This document shows, piece after piece, positions 1 through 14,513 of a stretch of 64,000 nt of DNA. The notes beneath the pieces were generated by a model, which was given only the letters and a program-made list of their open reading frames with translations, was not told the DNA's origin and did not search any database. Within the stretch, counting starts at the first letter, position 1; each line of letters begins with the position of its first letter. The stretch is from Malacoraja senta (Eukaryota). The stretch spans positions 6,574,001-6,638,000 of the forward strand of contig CM075995.1 in assembly GCA_038087875.1 (NCBI GenBank), written 5' to 3'. Position numbers and translations under genes: made by a program.

Positions 1-1185
1 ACCTTTAGCCCTTTCAGTTTCCCAAGCACCTTCTCCCCAGTAATAGCCACTCCACTAACTTCCACCCCCTGACTCTCTTGAATTTTGGGCATTTTGCTGG
101 TGTCTTCCACTGTGAAGCTGATGCAAAAAAGTTATTCAACTCCACTGCCATTTCTTTATTTCCCCATTACCACTTCTCCTGCATCATTCTCCAGCAGGTC
201 CAATGTCCACTCTTGCCTCTTTCTTACTCTTTAAATAACTGAAGAAACTCTTGCTATCCTCTTTTACATTTATGGCGAGCTTACCTTCGTAGTTCATCTT
301 TTCTCCCCGTATTGCTTTTTTAGTTACCTTCTGTTGTTCTTTAAAAGCTTCCCAATCCTCTGGCTTCCCACTAATCTTTGCCACATTGTACGCCTTCTGT
401 TTTAGTTTTATACTGTCCTTGAATTCCCTTGTTAAAGCCCTGTCCCACAGTACGAGTTCATTCCAAGAGATCTCCCGAGTTTAAAAAAAATCAAACTCGT
501 GGTAAGCACGGAGAATGAACGTAGCGGGTACATCGGAGCTCGGGGACGTCTCTTAGCGCTAACGGCAGGTACTCGGGAAGACTCACTAACGGCAGGTAAG
601 CACGGGAATACTCATGAGGATTTTTCAACATGATGAAAAATGTCCACAAGAGCCCCGAGTACCGACGAGTGGCCATTACCGTAAATCTCCGAGTTCGAAT
701 CAGGGCAACCTCGGGAGAACTCTTGGAATGAACTCGTACCGTGGGACAGGGGTTTTAGCCACAGTTGCCTCTTTCTTCCCCTAGAATTATTCTTCCTCTT
801 TGGAATGAAAAGATCCTGCATCTTCCGGATTATTCCCAGAAATTCCTGCCATTGTTCTTCCACCGGCACCCTTGCCAGGGTATCTTTCCAGTCGACTTTG
901 GCCGGCTCCTCCCTGATGTCTCTGTGGTCCCCTTTGCTCAGTTGCAATATGGACACATCCGGTATCACCTTCTCCTTCTCCAATTGCAGATTAAAACTTA
1001 TCATGTTGTGGTCGCTACCTCCTAATGGTTCCTATACCTTGAGTTCCCTTTATCAAATCCGGTTCATTACATAACACTAAATTCAGAATTGCCATTTCTC
1101 TGGTAGGCTCCAGTACAAGCTGCTCTAAGAATCCATCTCGGAGGCACTCCACAAATTCCCTTTCTTGGGGTTGAGTACCAACACA
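1..1185 (-). mobile_element. CR1 LINE fragment (ORF2 endonuclease/linker region), split by a MITE
   Basis: Minus ORFs ...KAIRGEKMNYEGKLAINVKEDSKSFFSY... and ...VDWKDTLA...EQWQEFLGII... Confidence 0.85.
435..754. mobile_element. Harbinger-type MITE, type A
   Basis: ~45-50 bp TIRs (AAGCCCTGTCCCAC.../...GTGGGACAGGGGTT) with TTA TSD, interrupting a CR1 fragment. Confidence 0.85.
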
Positions 1186-1554
1186 TTCTATCTTCTTTTA
1201 ACCTAATGCCATGCATAATCATGAATAGTTTTTTTGGTTTAGAGATACAGCACGGAAACAGGCCTTCAGCCCACCAAGTCCGCACCGACCAGCGATCCCA
1301 ACACATTAACACAAGCCTACACACACTAGGGACAATTTACACTTATACCAAGTGTACAAACTCAAGTCAATTCATCTACAAACCTGCACGTCTTTGGAGT
1401 GTGGGAGGAAACCGAAGATCTCGGAGAAAACCCACATCGTCACAGGGAGAACGTACAAACTCCGTACAGACAGCACCTGTAGTTGGGATCGAACCCGGGT
1501 CTCTGGCGCTGCAAAATTTCTTTTCCCCGGAAGTTTTTATTTCTTAGTCGAAAT

Positions 1555-2102
1555 GCAGTTAGTGCAGTTTTGGTCTCCCAATTTGAGGAAGGACATTCTT
1601 GCTATTGAGGGAGTGCAGCGTAGGTTCACCAGGTTAATTCCCGGGATGGCGGGAATGTCATATGTTGATAGAATGGAGCGGCTGGGCTTGTGTACTCTGG
1701 AATTTAGAAGGATGAGAGGGAATCTTATTGAAACATATAAGATTATTAAGGTTTTGGACATGCTAGACGCAAGAAACATGTTCCCGATGTTGGGGGAATC
1801 CAGAACCAGGGGCCATAGTTTAAGAATAATAGGTAAGCCATTTAGAACGGAGATGAGGAAAAACATTTTCACACAGAGAGTTGTGAGTCTGTGGAATTCT
1901 CTGCCTCAGAGGGCAGTGGAGGCTGGTTCTCTAGATGCTTTCAAAAGAGAGCTAGACAGAGCTCTTAAAGATAGCGGCGTCAAGGGATATGGGGAGAAGG
2001 CAGGAACAGGCTACTGATTGTGGATGATCAGCCATGATCACATTGAATGGCGGTGCTGGTTCGAGGGGCTGAATGGCCTACTCCTGCACCTATTGTCTAT
2101 TG
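1555..2102 (+). mobile_element. CR1 LINE 3' fragment
   Basis: VQFWSPNLRKDILAIEGVQRRFTRLIPG...RTRGHSLRI...WNSLP followed by the 3' tail. Confidence 0.9.
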
Positions 2103-5100
2103 AATCGTGTAATTTTTGAGAATGATGAATTATCATTAAATATGAATTATCATTAAATTATCATTAAATATAATTTAAAAAAATTGGATAGGTATATGGA
2201 TGGGAAAGGAATGGAGGGTTATGGTCTGAGTGCAGGTAGATGGGACTAGGTGAGAGTAAGTGTTCGGCACGGACTAGAAGGGCCGAGATGGCCTGTTTCC
2301 GTGCTGTAATTGTTGTATGGTTATATGGTTATATATTTGCCATCGTTATCTATTGTCACTTAATATCTCGCTCAGCTTTAATCATTAGGGTCCAGATACT
2401 AATGTAATTGGCAACATTAGCAGGTGCATGGTTCCTTGAAGGTGGAGTCGCAGGTAGTCAAAAAGGGTGGTCCAAAAGGATTTTGGCACATTGTCCCCAT
2501 CAGTCAGAGTATTGAGTAAAGAAGTTGGGAGGTCATGTTGCACTATGACTCTAGTCTGAAGTCAGCCGGAGGATTAATTGAACGTTGTGCCAAAACTGGT
2601 TCCTATCTACCTCAGTGAGTTGAGCATTATATCAAATATGTTAAACACAGAACACTTTAGTTGTTTGATAACAAGAAATTATCCCTGAATCTGGAGGCGT
2701 CTGTATCTCCTGCGGGGAGAAGAGGGATTGACCGGGGGTGAGACTGGTCCTTGATTAATGCTGCTGGCCTTGCTGAGGCAGCGTGAGGTGTAGACAAAGT
2801 CAATGGAAGGGAGGATGGTTTGTGTGATGGTCTGGGCTGCTGCATCCACAATTCTCTGCACTTTCCTGTGGTCTTGGATGGAGCTGTTCCGATAAAATGC
2901 TTTCTATGGTACATCTGTGGAAGTTGGGCAGAGATGTTGGGGACTTGCCAAATTTCCTACGCCTCCTGAGGAAGTAGAGGACGTTGGTGCGCTTTCTTGG
3001 CTACTCTAGATGTGGCTGGTTAGAGACAAATTACTGGTGATATTTTAGTTTAGTTTAGAGATACAACTAACGTGGAAATCGACCCCAATGGTCCACTGAG
3101 TCCATGCCGACCATCGATCACCCATACACTACTTCCATGTTATCCCACTTGTCGCATCCTACACACTAGGGGCAATTTATAGAAGCCAATTAACCTAAAT
3201 ACCACATTGTCCATGGAATGTGGGGGGAAACCAGAGCACCCGTAAGAAACCCACGCGGTCACGGGGAGAACGTACAAATTCAATATCGACAGCACCCGCG
3301 GTCAGTATAAAACCTGGGTCTCTGGTGCTGCGAGGCAGCAACTCTACCGCTGCACCACTGTACCACCTTGTCAGGCAATCCTTGCTCAGATCACACAAAT
3401 AAAGTTTATTCCTAAGTGTTAGACAATAGACAATAGGTGCAGGAGTTGGCCATTCGGCCCTTCGAGCCAGCACCGCCATTCAATGTGATCATGGCTGATC
3501 ATCCCCAATCAGTACCCCGTTCCTGCCTTCTCCCCATATCCCCTGACTCCGCTATTTTTAAGAGCCCTATCTAGCTCTCTCTTGAAAGCATCCAGAGAAC
3601 CTGCCTCCACCACCCTCTGAAGCAGAGAATTCCACAGACTCACCACTCTCTGTGAGAAAAAGTGTTTCCTTGTCTCCGTTCTAAATGGCTTACTCCTTAT
3701 TCTTAAACTGTGGCCCCTGGTTCTGGACTCCCCCAACATCGGGAACATGTTTTCTGCCACCAGCGTGTTAGAGGCACACGGCATGGAAACAGGCCCTTCT
3801 GACAAAGAGGCCCCATCTAAGTAATCCCATTTGCCAGCGTTTGGCCCATATCCCTCAAAATCCTTTCTACAAGTACCTATAAGAGTACCTATACAGGGAC
3901 AGTTTCCTCCCAGCTGTTATCAGGCAACTGAACCATTCTTACAATAGAAACTTACAAAATTCTTAAGTGGTTGGACAGGCTAGACGCAGGAAGATTGTTC
4001 CCGATGTTGGGGAAGTCCAGAACAAGGGGTCACAGTTTAAGGATAAAGGGGAAATCTTTTAGGACTGAGATGAGAAAACCATTTTTTACACAGAGAGCGG
4101 TGAATCTCTGGAATTCTCTGCCACAGAATGTAGTTGAGGCCAGTTCATTGGCTATATTTAAGAGGGAGTTAGATGTGGCCCTTGTGGCTAAAGGGATCAG
4201 GGGGTATGGAGAGAAGGCAGGTACAGGATACTGAGTTGGATGATCAGCCATGATCATATTGAATGGCGGTGCAGGCTCGAAGGGCCGAATGGCCTACTCC
4301 TGCACCTATTTTCTATGTGTCTATGTTTCTGTTTCTATCAACAACAAGGGAGTCGTCCTGACCTACCATCTACCTCATTGGAGACCCTCGGACAATCTTT
4401 GATTTGACTTTACCGGACTTTATCTTGCACTAAATGTTATTCACGTTATCCCCTTTATCATGTATCTGCACACAGTGGACGGCTCAATTGTAATCATGTA
4501 TTGTCTTTCCGCTGTACACAAAAATGCTGGAGAAACACTTGGGTTTCGGCCCGAAACGTTGCCTATTTCCTTCGCTCCATAGATGCTGCTGCACCCGCTG
4601 AGTTTCTCCAGCATTTTTGTGTACCTGGGATTTTCCAGCATCTGCAGTACCTTCTTAAACATATTGCCTTTCCGCTGACTGGTTAGCACGCAACAAAAAG
4701 CTTTTCACTGTACCTCTGTACACGTGACGAGAAACTAAACTGATCTCTAACCTGTTGGAAAAAGTAAAAAGCTGGCAGGCTTGGAAAGGACTATGCTAAA
4801 ATGGGCTTTGTGAAGTGAATGTTTCTGGACGCGGTCCACAACCTACCATTTGGGTGGTTGGATAGAGAGCAGTAGACGTGCAGGGAAATTATATTCAGGT
4901 GCGAGAATCATGGAGCTATGATACGGATAGGAAAGAAGAACAATAATTGGATGTGTCACGGTGGCACAGCGGTAGAGTTGCTGCCTTACAGCACCAGAGA
5001 CCAGGGTTTTATCCTGATTAATCCCTACGAACCCCATTCTCCTGCCTTCTCCCCATAACCTCTGACACCTGTACAATAGGTGACATTTTGGGTCGAGACC

Positions 5101-5750
5101 CTTCTTCACACGGTTCGTTCCTACGTACGGCAGAGTTTAATTTGACAGTTGAAGGGTAATGGTTCTGCAGTGCTCTCTTGCATTCTCTGAGCCATTGACA
5201 TAGAGTCATAGAGTGATACAGTGTGGAAACAGGCTCTTCGGCCCAACTTGCCCACACCGGCCAACATGCCCCATCTACACTAGTTCCACCTGCCTGTGTT
5301 TGGTCCATATCCCTCCAAACCTGCCCTATCCCTGTACTTGTCTAACTGTTTCATAAATGTTGGGATAGTCCCAGCTTCAACTACCTTCTCTGGCAGCTCG
5401 TTCCATACACCCACCACCCTTTGTGTGAAAAGTTACCCCTCAGATTCCTATTAAATCTTTTCTCCTTCACCTTGAACCTGTGTCCTCTGGTCCTCGATTC
5501 CCCTACTCTGGGCAAGAGATCCTGCGCAATTACCTGATTTATTCCTCTCATGATTTTGTACACCTCTATAAGATCACCCCTCATTCTCCTGCGCTCCAAG
5601 GAATGGAGACAGAGCCTGCTCAACCTCCTTCGATAGCTCAGGCCCTGAACTGAACACAATACTCTAAATGCGGCCTCACCAACATCTTACACAACTGCAA
5701 CATGACCTCCCAACATCTTAACGTCCTCTTTGTTTTCCTCCTCGTTACAG

Positions 5751-5869
5751 CAAGAATACTGGAGGGCGGTGGAGCAGAAGGATTCCCATGTGGCGGTGCA
5801 CTCTGGCAAAGTGGACACGAAAGCACACGGGAGCGGATTCCCAGTTGCCAAATCCGAACCTTTTTCAAG
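5751..5869 (+). CDS. JARID2: JARID2 coding exon (~exon 10), 119 nt
   Basis: ttacag|CAAGAATAC...TCAAG|gtaatg; encodes [39 protein letters not shown](R), matching JARID2 just before the JmjC domain. Confidence 0.96.
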
Positions 5870-7084
5870 GTAATGACACCCGGACGGACACCCGCCTAAG
5901 CCAGAAGATGGCAGCGAATTGAGGTTGCAGCCCACAAGCCCATCACACGAAACGACTTCCCTTCCATCGACTCCATCTACACCACACGCTGCCTCGGCAA
6001 GGCCAGCTATTCAATCATCGCTGATCTATCTCTCCTTCTTAACCCCATTCTCCTGCCTTCTCCCCATAACCTCTGACACCCATACTAATCAAGAATCTCT
6101 ATCTCTGCCTTAAAAATATCCACTGACGGCATCCACAGCCTTCTGCGGCAAAGAATTCCACAGATTCTCCACCCTCTGACTAAAGACATTTCTCCTCATC
6201 TTCCTAAAAGAATATCCTTTATTTCAGAGGCTATAGCCTCTAGTCCTAGACTCTCCCACTAAGTGGAAACATCGTCTCCACATCCACTCTATCCAAACCT
6301 TTCACTATTCTGTATGTTTCAGTGATGTCCCCCCCCCCCTCATTCTTTTAAACTCCAGCGAGTACAGGCCCAGTGCCGTCAAACGCTCATCATACGTTAA
6401 CCTACTCATTCCTGGGAGCATTCTTGTAAACGCGCAAGTCAGCGTGCGCCAAATGATTTTCACTGTACCTCGGTGCACGTGATAATAAACTGAACTGAAC
6501 TGAAGACAGGATGGTCCCATCCCGACCTGCCTGTCCCAGTTACTCTGTGGGCTGAGCCAGTAGCATCGGTAGATCCAACTGGATACAGGATGATGTTGGT
6601 GACTTTTTGCCTGCTCTTCCCAGAGCAGGTTTAGTCTAGATTTTAGTTCAGTTCAAGTTTAGAATTCATGTTTGTGGTTTATGTTTGGAGATTAGCTTGC
6701 GATATAGTTTGCAGTGTAGTTTGGGGTTTAAGATGAGGTTTAGATTGGAGTAGTTTGAGATGTAGTTTAGAGTGTAGTTTGGAGTTTAGGATGGAGTTGA
6801 GGATGAGGCTTAGTTGAGTGTTCAGTTTAGTGATACAAGGTAGAAACAGGCCCTTCAGCCCACCGAGTCCACGCCGACCATCGATCACCCATACACTGGT
6901 GCTATGTTATCCCAATTTCGCATCCTACACACTAGAGGCAATCGACAGAAGCCAAAGAACCTACAGACCTGCACATCTTTAGAGTGTGGGAGGAAACCCG
7001 ATCACCCGGAGAAAACCCATGTGGTCACGGGGTCAACACCGTAGTCGGGATCGAACCTGGGTCTCTGACGTTGTGAGGAAATCT

Positions 7085-7351
7085 ACGTGGTCATTTTACC
7101 TCGTTGTGACTTCCGCGGCCAATCGGCGAGTCGAATTTGCCCCCTGCGGCCAGGGTTCTGGAACACCGTTCCCGTAGCCGACTTCCGAGGCCGACTTTGT
7201 GGGCCGGCATCTCGGCCCCTCGGCGGCCTACCCGTAATGTTCCGGTACTGTTGGACTCCTCTCGGAGGCCGTGACCTCTGTTGGACCGGCAAAACGGATA
7301 ATCCAGAAAGGCTCTGGAACCAAGGGTGCCGGAAAACCGATGGTGGAGCTG
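7085..7351. mobile_element. Truncated Tc1/mariner (Tigger-like) non-autonomous fragment
   Basis: GC-rich block ending ...GGAAAACCGATGGTGGAGCTG|TA; only one end is visible. Confidence 0.45.
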
Positions 7352-7401
7352 TAGTTGCTAAGGTTTATTTTCACAAGGTTTTTCTTTCTTTCTTTCACTA
7401 G

Positions 7402-7472
7402 GCATGGATGGAACCTCACAGTCCTTCCTAATAATTCAGGGTCCATCCTGCGATATTTTGGTGCTTTGTCAG
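7402..7472 (+). CDS. JARID2: JARID2 coding exon (~exon 11), 71 nt
   Basis: cactag|GCATGGATGG...TCAG|gtaagg; (R)[23 protein letters not shown](G); phase fits both neighbours. Confidence 0.96.
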
Positions 7473-9134
7473 GTAAGGAATGTGTTTAGTTTAGAGATAC
7501 AGGGCGGAAACAGGCCCTTCGGCCCACCGAGTCCGCGCCGACCAGCGATCACTCCGTACACGAGCACTATCCTGCACACATACTAGGGACAGTTTACAAT
7601 CTTTACCAAAGCCAATTAACCTCCAAACCTGTACGTCTTTGGAGTGTGGGAGGAAACCGGAGCACCCGAAGAAAACTCATGCAGGTCACAGGGGTGAACA
7701 TACAAACTCTGTATAGACAGCTCCCGTTGTCAGGATCGAAGCTGGGTTTCTGGCGCTGTAAAGCAGCAACTCTACCACTGCCTTAGTAACCACCTACCTG
7801 CCTTAGTAACCACCCAGCATGCTTTGGTAAACCAGCATCTTATAGAGGTGTACAATATCATGATTAGAATAGGTCGGGTAGATGCACAGAGTCTCTTGCC
7901 AAGCGTAGGGGCCTCGAGAACCAGAGGACATAGATTTAAGGCAAGGGGTGAAAGATATAATAAAAATCTGAGGGGTAACGTTTCACACAAATTGTGGTGG
8001 GTGTATGGAATGAGTTGCTGGAGGAGGTAGGTGATGCAGGGACTATTACAACATTTTAGGAACCATTTAGACAGGGACATAGGACAGGTTTGGAAAGAAC
8101 TGCAGATGCTGGTTTACACTGAAGCCAGACACAAAAAGCTGGAGTAACTCAACGGGTCGGGCAGCATTTCTGGAGAAATGGGTTCGGTTGAGACCCTTCA
8201 GACTGAGAGTCAGGGGAGAGGGAAATGAGATATGAAAAGGTACATAGAACAAATGAATGAAAGATATGAATGAAAGAATGATATGGATATGAATAATAGA
8301 AGATTAGATAGATATGAGCCAAACGCAGGTAGGTGGGACAAGTGTAGATGGGACGTCACATGTTGGTCGGTGTGGGCAAGTTGGGCCGAAGGGCCTGTTT
8401 TCATGCTGTAAGACTCTATGAGAGGATGAGCAGGCTGGGACTCTATTCCTTGAAGCGCAGGAGGATGGGGGATGATCTTACAGAGGTGTATAAAATCATG
8501 AGAGGAATAGATCGGGTAAACGCACACTCTTGCCCAGAGCAGGCAGGTGGGACAAGTGTAGATGGGTCATGTTGGCTTACAATGTTAATGCCGACCATTT
8601 TTCCACCTCCAGTAGCTATTAGGTTTACCTCTCTTTCCTCCTTCCCATCTTTGCGAAAGAGAGTATTGAGTATAGAAGTTGGACGGTCATGTTGCAGTTG
8701 TATAAGAAGTTGGTGAGGCTGCATTCAGAGTATTGTGTTCAGTATTGGGCACCGTGTTAGAGGAAAGATGTCAAGATGTTGGAAAAGGTGCAGAGAAGAT
8801 TTACGAGGATGTTGCCAGGACTCGAGGGCCTGAGCTACAGCGAGAGGTTGAGCAGGCTGGGACTCTATTCCTTGGAGCGCAGGAGGATGAGCGATGATCT
8901 TATAGAGGCGTAAAAAATCATGAGAGGAATAGATCGGGTAAACGCACAGAGTCTCTTTCCCAGAGTAGGCAGGTGGGACTAGTGTAGATGGGACATGTTG
9001 ACCGGCGTGGGCAAGTTGGTCCGGTGGGCCTGTTTCCACGCTGTATGACTCCATCTCTATCTGCAGTTCTTTGTTATTACCAGAGGGGTGGGTGATTTCT
9101 GAAGAAAATCTTAAATTCCCAAGTCAAATTTTAA

Positions 9135-9281
<147 letters not shown>

Positions 9282-10359
9282 TAAGTTCAAGGTCTGGGAC
9301 AGGAATGGGGAGAGGAATTGTTGTCACCACTGCTGGAAAAAGGTTCAGATCAACTTCTGTCCGTGCTTTAAAAAAAAAAGATGAAGGAAGGGTCACGACC
9401 CGAAACGTTATCTATTCCTTTTCTCCAGAGAGGCTGCCTGTTTACAAGAATGATCCCGGGAATGAGTAGGTTAACCTATGATGAGTGTTTGTCGGCACTG
9501 GGCCTGTACTCACTGGAGTTTAGAAGAATGAGGGGGGACCTCATTGAAACATACAGAATAGTGAAAGGCTTGGATAGAGCGGACGTGGTCAGGATGTTTC
9601 CACTAGTGGGACCGTCTGGGACTAGAGGTCACAGCCTCAGAATGAAAGGACATTCTTTTAGGAAGTAGATGTGGAGCAATTTCTTCAGTCAGAGGGTGGT
9701 GAATCTGTGGAATTCTTTCCCACAGAAAGCTGTGGAGGCCAAGTCAACTCAGTGGATATTTTTAAGGCAGAGATAGATAGATTCTTGATTAATACGGATG
9801 TCAGGGGTTATGGGGAGAAGGCAGGAGAATGAGGTTAGGAGGGATATTTAGATCAGCCATGATTGAATGGCGGAGTAGACTTGATGGGCTGAATGGCCTA
9901 ATTCTACTCCTATCACCTATGATTCTGCTCCTATCACCTCATGACCTGCTGAGTGACTCCAGCAGTTTGTGTCTATCTTTGGTGTCTGTCTATCTTCTGT
10001 CACCCAACACACACAAGGTTGATCCTAGTTCTTGTTGCATCTCCTGCTTTGACGTTGCAACGCTGCGTGGCGGTCCAGGAAAGATTGGACTTTACTGACT
10101 TTTCCTTGCACTAAACAGTCATTCCCTGATCGTGTATCTGCACACTGTAAATGGCTCGATTGTAATCATGTATTGTCTTTCCGCTGACTGGTTAGCATGC
10201 AACAAAAGCTTTTCACTGTACCTCGGTACACATGACAATAAACTAAACTGAAAATCTTCGTCAAGGTCATTCATCAGTTGTGTTTTCGTTCCAGAGAACC
10301 GATTCAGGAAATTGAACCATCATCCCAACTGGGTCCATGTAGTTTTTTTGTTTAGTCGG

Positions 10360-10684
10360 AACGGCGGTACGGTGGCACAGCGGTAGAGTTGCTGCCTTAT
10401 AGCGCTTGCAGCGCCAGAGACCCAGGTTCGATCCCAACTACGGGCGCTGTCTGTATGGTGTTTGCACCTTCTCCACGTGACCTGCGTGGGTTTTCTCCGA
10501 GATCTTTGGTTTCCTCCCACGCTCCAAAGACGTGCAGGTTTGTAGGTTAATTGGCTTGGTGTATGTGTAAATTGTCCCTAGTGTGTGTAGGTAGGATTGT
10601 GTTAATGTGCGTGGATCGCTGGACGATGCGGACTCGGTGGGCCGAAGGGCCAGTTTCCACGCTGTGTCTCTAAACTAAACTAAA
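10360..10684 (+). mobile_element. HE1-type tRNA-derived SINE, full length
   Basis: A box TGGCACAGCGG, B box GGTTCGATCCC, conserved centre, CR1-like tail GGGCCGAAGGGCC...(TAAAC)n. Confidence 0.88.
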
Positions 10685-13092
10685 GTCTGACGAAGGGTCT
10701 CGACCCAAAACGTCACCCATTCCTTCTCTCCTGAGATGCTGCCTGTCCCGCTGAGTTACTCCACCATTTTGTGTCTATCTTCGATATAAACCAGCATCTG
10801 CAGTTCCTTCCTACACATTTTTTCTTTAAGATTTGAATTCACCTTTGAGATAAAGTCACCCCTTCCCTGCCTGTTCTGGAATTTGCAAGAAACAGGTTTT
10901 AGTTGTAAACGTGGCTGATAACTGAATTCACTACCTCAGTGTAATTGGACCTAGTTGTGACAAGTCCTCCTAAATTCAGCATTTGGTCATCAAGTGTCTC
11001 CCAAGTACTGGATTGCTAAGATAACATGTGTAGGAAGGAACTGCAGGCGCTGGTTTAAATCGAAGAGAGACACAAAAAGCTGGAGTAACTCAGCGGTACA
11101 GACAGTATCTCTGGAGAGAAGGAACAGGTGACGTTTCAGGTGCGAAGAAAGATCTGTTAAGATAATAGTTCTTTTTAATTCTTCCACCAGATTGACCTGA
11201 AGACCTGCTTCACTGACACAGAAGTGAGTTAAATCTTTTGTCCATATCCTTAAATGACCTTTAAAACTGCTTTAACCAAATGACCAGTTAAGCCAGCATG
11301 GACAGAGCTAAGTATATCTGTGTCAGACCAGCAGTGTGTTCAGGAATTAAAGGACAGCTAAAACTAAATGGAATTTTCCTTTAGTTTTTTTTGTTTTAGA
11401 GATACAGCGTTGAAACAGGCCCTTCGGCCCACCGCGTCCGCGACGACCACTAGTTCTATCCTACACACTAAGATTGGCTTCGGTAAAGATTGTAAATTGC
11501 CCCTAGTGTGTAGGACAGTGCTATTATACGGGTGTGATCACTGGTCGGCGCGGACTCGGTGGGCCGAAGGGCCTGTTTCCGCGCTGTATCTCTACACTAA
11601 ACTCCACATTAAACTAAACTAGAGACCACAGATGCCAATTAACCTACAAACCTGTACGTCTTTGGATACATAGATACATAGACAATAGGTGCAGGAGTAG
11701 GCCATTCGGCCCTTCGAGCCAGCACCGCCATTCAATGTGATCATGGCTGATCATCCCCAATTAGTACCCCGTTCCTGCCTTCTCCCCATATCCCTTGACT
11801 CCACTATCTTTAAGAGCTCTGTCTAGCTCTCTCTTGAAAGCATCCAGAGGACCAGCCTTCTGAGGCAGAGAATTCCACAAATTTACAACTCTCTGGGTGA
11901 AAAAGTTTTTCCTCATCTCAGTTCTAAATGGCCTATCCCTTATTCTTAAACTGTGGCCTCTGGTTCTGGACTCCCTCAACATCGGGAACATGTTTCCTGC
12001 ATCAAGCTTGTCCAATCCATTAATAATTTTATGTGTTTCTATAAGATATCCTCTCATCCTTCTCAATTCCAGTGAATACAAGCCCAGTCTCACCATTCTT
12101 TCATCATATGTCAGCCTAGGATCACCAGAATTAATCTGGTGAACCTATGCTGGACTCCCTCAATAGCAAGAATGTTTTTCCTCAAATTTGGAGTGTGGGA
12201 GGAAACCCTAGCGTCTGGAGAAAACCCACGCAGGTCATGGGGAGAACGTACAAACACCACCCTTGGTCAGGATTGAACCTGGAGATGTAAGGCAGCAACT
12301 CTACCGCTGTGCCACCATGACGCATCCAATTATCGCTCTTTTTGTCCTATCTGTATCATAGCTCCATGATTCTCGCACCTGAATATAATTTCCCTGCACA
12401 TCTACTGCTCTATATCCGACCACCCAAATGGTAGTTTGTGGACCGCATCCAGAAACATCACAGTTTCAAAGTAATCACAGTTACTGATTTTTAGGATTAG
12501 CTTCAGGATCAACTACCAAGTGAACATCTTTGGAGGGTGGGAAGGAAACCGGTGCACCCGGAGACAACCCACGCAGGTCACGGGGAGAACGTACAAATTC
12601 CGCACAGACAGCACCCATAGTCAGGTTGGAACCTGGGTCTCTGGCGCTGTGAGGCAGCAACTCGACCACTGCGCCACCGTAGACTTGATGCCTCGTCACT
12701 TTCCCAAAACTCCTCCCCCTCCTTCCAAATTTCAGTTCTCCGAACAGTTTTTTCTCCTGAATTGTTTCTCATTTTTGTTTGCAATCTGCTCACGTGTGAC
12801 TCACTGCAGTTGACAGCGTCTTTGTCTTAATTCAGTGCTTATTGATATGCATGTGGGTGGAAAGTGGCTTCCTGGTCAGACCTGACGCCAGAATCGTAAG
12901 GTCCGATAAGGCTCAGTGCTGCGGAGATTTGCCGATTTGATCCTTAGAGTCGCACAGGGTGGAAACAGGCCCTTCGGCCCAACCTGCCCACACTGGCCGG
13001 CCAACTTGCCCCATCTACACAAGTCCCACCTGCCTTCAGTTGGTCCATATCCCTCCAAACCTGCTCTATCTATGTACCTATCTTAATTGGTT

Positions 13093-13543
13093 TGGGATAA
13101 GGGAAACGAGAGATATACACGGTGACGTGGAGAGATAAAGAACAATGAATGAAAGATATGCAAAAAATTAACGTTGCTTACAGCCCAGTGGTATGACTAT
13201 TGATTTCTCTCACTTCAGGTAGCCCCGGCATTCCCTCTCTCTCTATCCCTCGCCCACCAAAGTCACACTAGCTTCTCAATTTCACCCAACAAACAGCTAA
13301 CAATGGCCCGTTTACTTTATCATCGTTACTTTCTTGCATATCTTTCATTCATTGTTCTTTATCTCTCCACATCATCGTCTATATCTCTCGTTTCCCTTAT
13401 CCCTAACCAGTCTGAAGAAGGGTCTCGACCCAAAACGTCACCCAGTCTTTCTCTCCGGAGATGCTGCCTGTCCCGCTGAGTTACTCCAGCTTTGTGTTTC
13501 TATCTTCTGTTTAGACCAACATCTGCAGTTCCTTCTTACACAT
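13093..13543 (+). mobile_element. Penelope-like element 3' end with inverted partial LTR
   Basis: 13178-13222 encodes LQPSGMTIDFSHFR* (GIY-YIG endonuclease C-terminus); hammerhead-like core at 13412; 5' part is an inverted copy of the UTR; TSD TATCTTAATTG. Confidence 0.85.
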
Positions 13544-14439
13544 GCCTATATCTTAATTGCTTCTTAAACGTTGTGATAGACCCAGCCTCAACTACCTCCT
13601 CTGACAACTTGTTCCATACACCCACTTCCCTTTGTGTGAAATGGAAGTGGGTGTATGGAACAAGTTGCCAGATTCCTATTAAATATTTCCCTCTTCGTGT
13701 TAAACCTATGTTCTCTGGTCCTCTATTCCCCTACTCTGGGCAAGAGACTCTGCGTCTTACCCGTTTTATTCCTCTCTTGATTTTATATACTTCTATAAGA
13801 TCAATTTTGTGCCATCCTAGCAAGTTGCTAGGCATCAAACCCAGGTATATTTACAAAATCTTTTTTTTTAATCTGAAATTTTTTTTTTAGAACAAGTGCT
13901 TTTTTAGATCCCCACTTAATTTTTTTTTTCATTGTGAATAGTTTCAGCTCCCTTCAAGACTGACGTTCAGCTTAGTTTTGTGTAGTTTACAGATACAGCA
14001 TGGACACAGGTCCTTTGGCCCACCGAGTCCACGCCGACCAACGATCCCCGCACATTGACATTATCCAACACACACAAGGGACAATGTAAAAACCCACAGG
14101 CCTTTGTGTTTTTGACGTGGGCAAAGTGTGCATTCCTGAGGTCGTGATGAACATAAAATGGATTCAGCGAGCATTTCTCATCTTGGCCCTCTGCCCTCAC
14201 TCTTAGTTGCCTTTGCTCGATGGGGAAACAAGGGTCTTTCAATGAACTTTGTCCGATGCCCACAACTTCAAAGATGTCCAGCGACATTTGGGAACCACAA
14301 CTTGAAACACTTCCAATGTTTTATGTAAACAAAGTAAACATTAATAATACATTCACGTGGTTGATCATGAGATAGTGAACATTTACACTCGCTTGTCTCA
14401 GCAATTCAGATTATGTTAATGACATGCCAACTATAAATG

Positions 14440-14480
14440 TTATATATATATATAGATATATAATATTTATATATATCATG

Positions 14481-14513
<33 letters not shown>

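Noticed and set aside
1352..2017. 221-aa ORF as a host gene
   Set aside because: Chance fusion of an antisense SINE and a CR1 ORF2 C-terminus
10360..10440. tRNA-like sequences with A and B boxes
   Set aside because: They are SINE heads continuing into SINE body and tail; no complete cloverleaf
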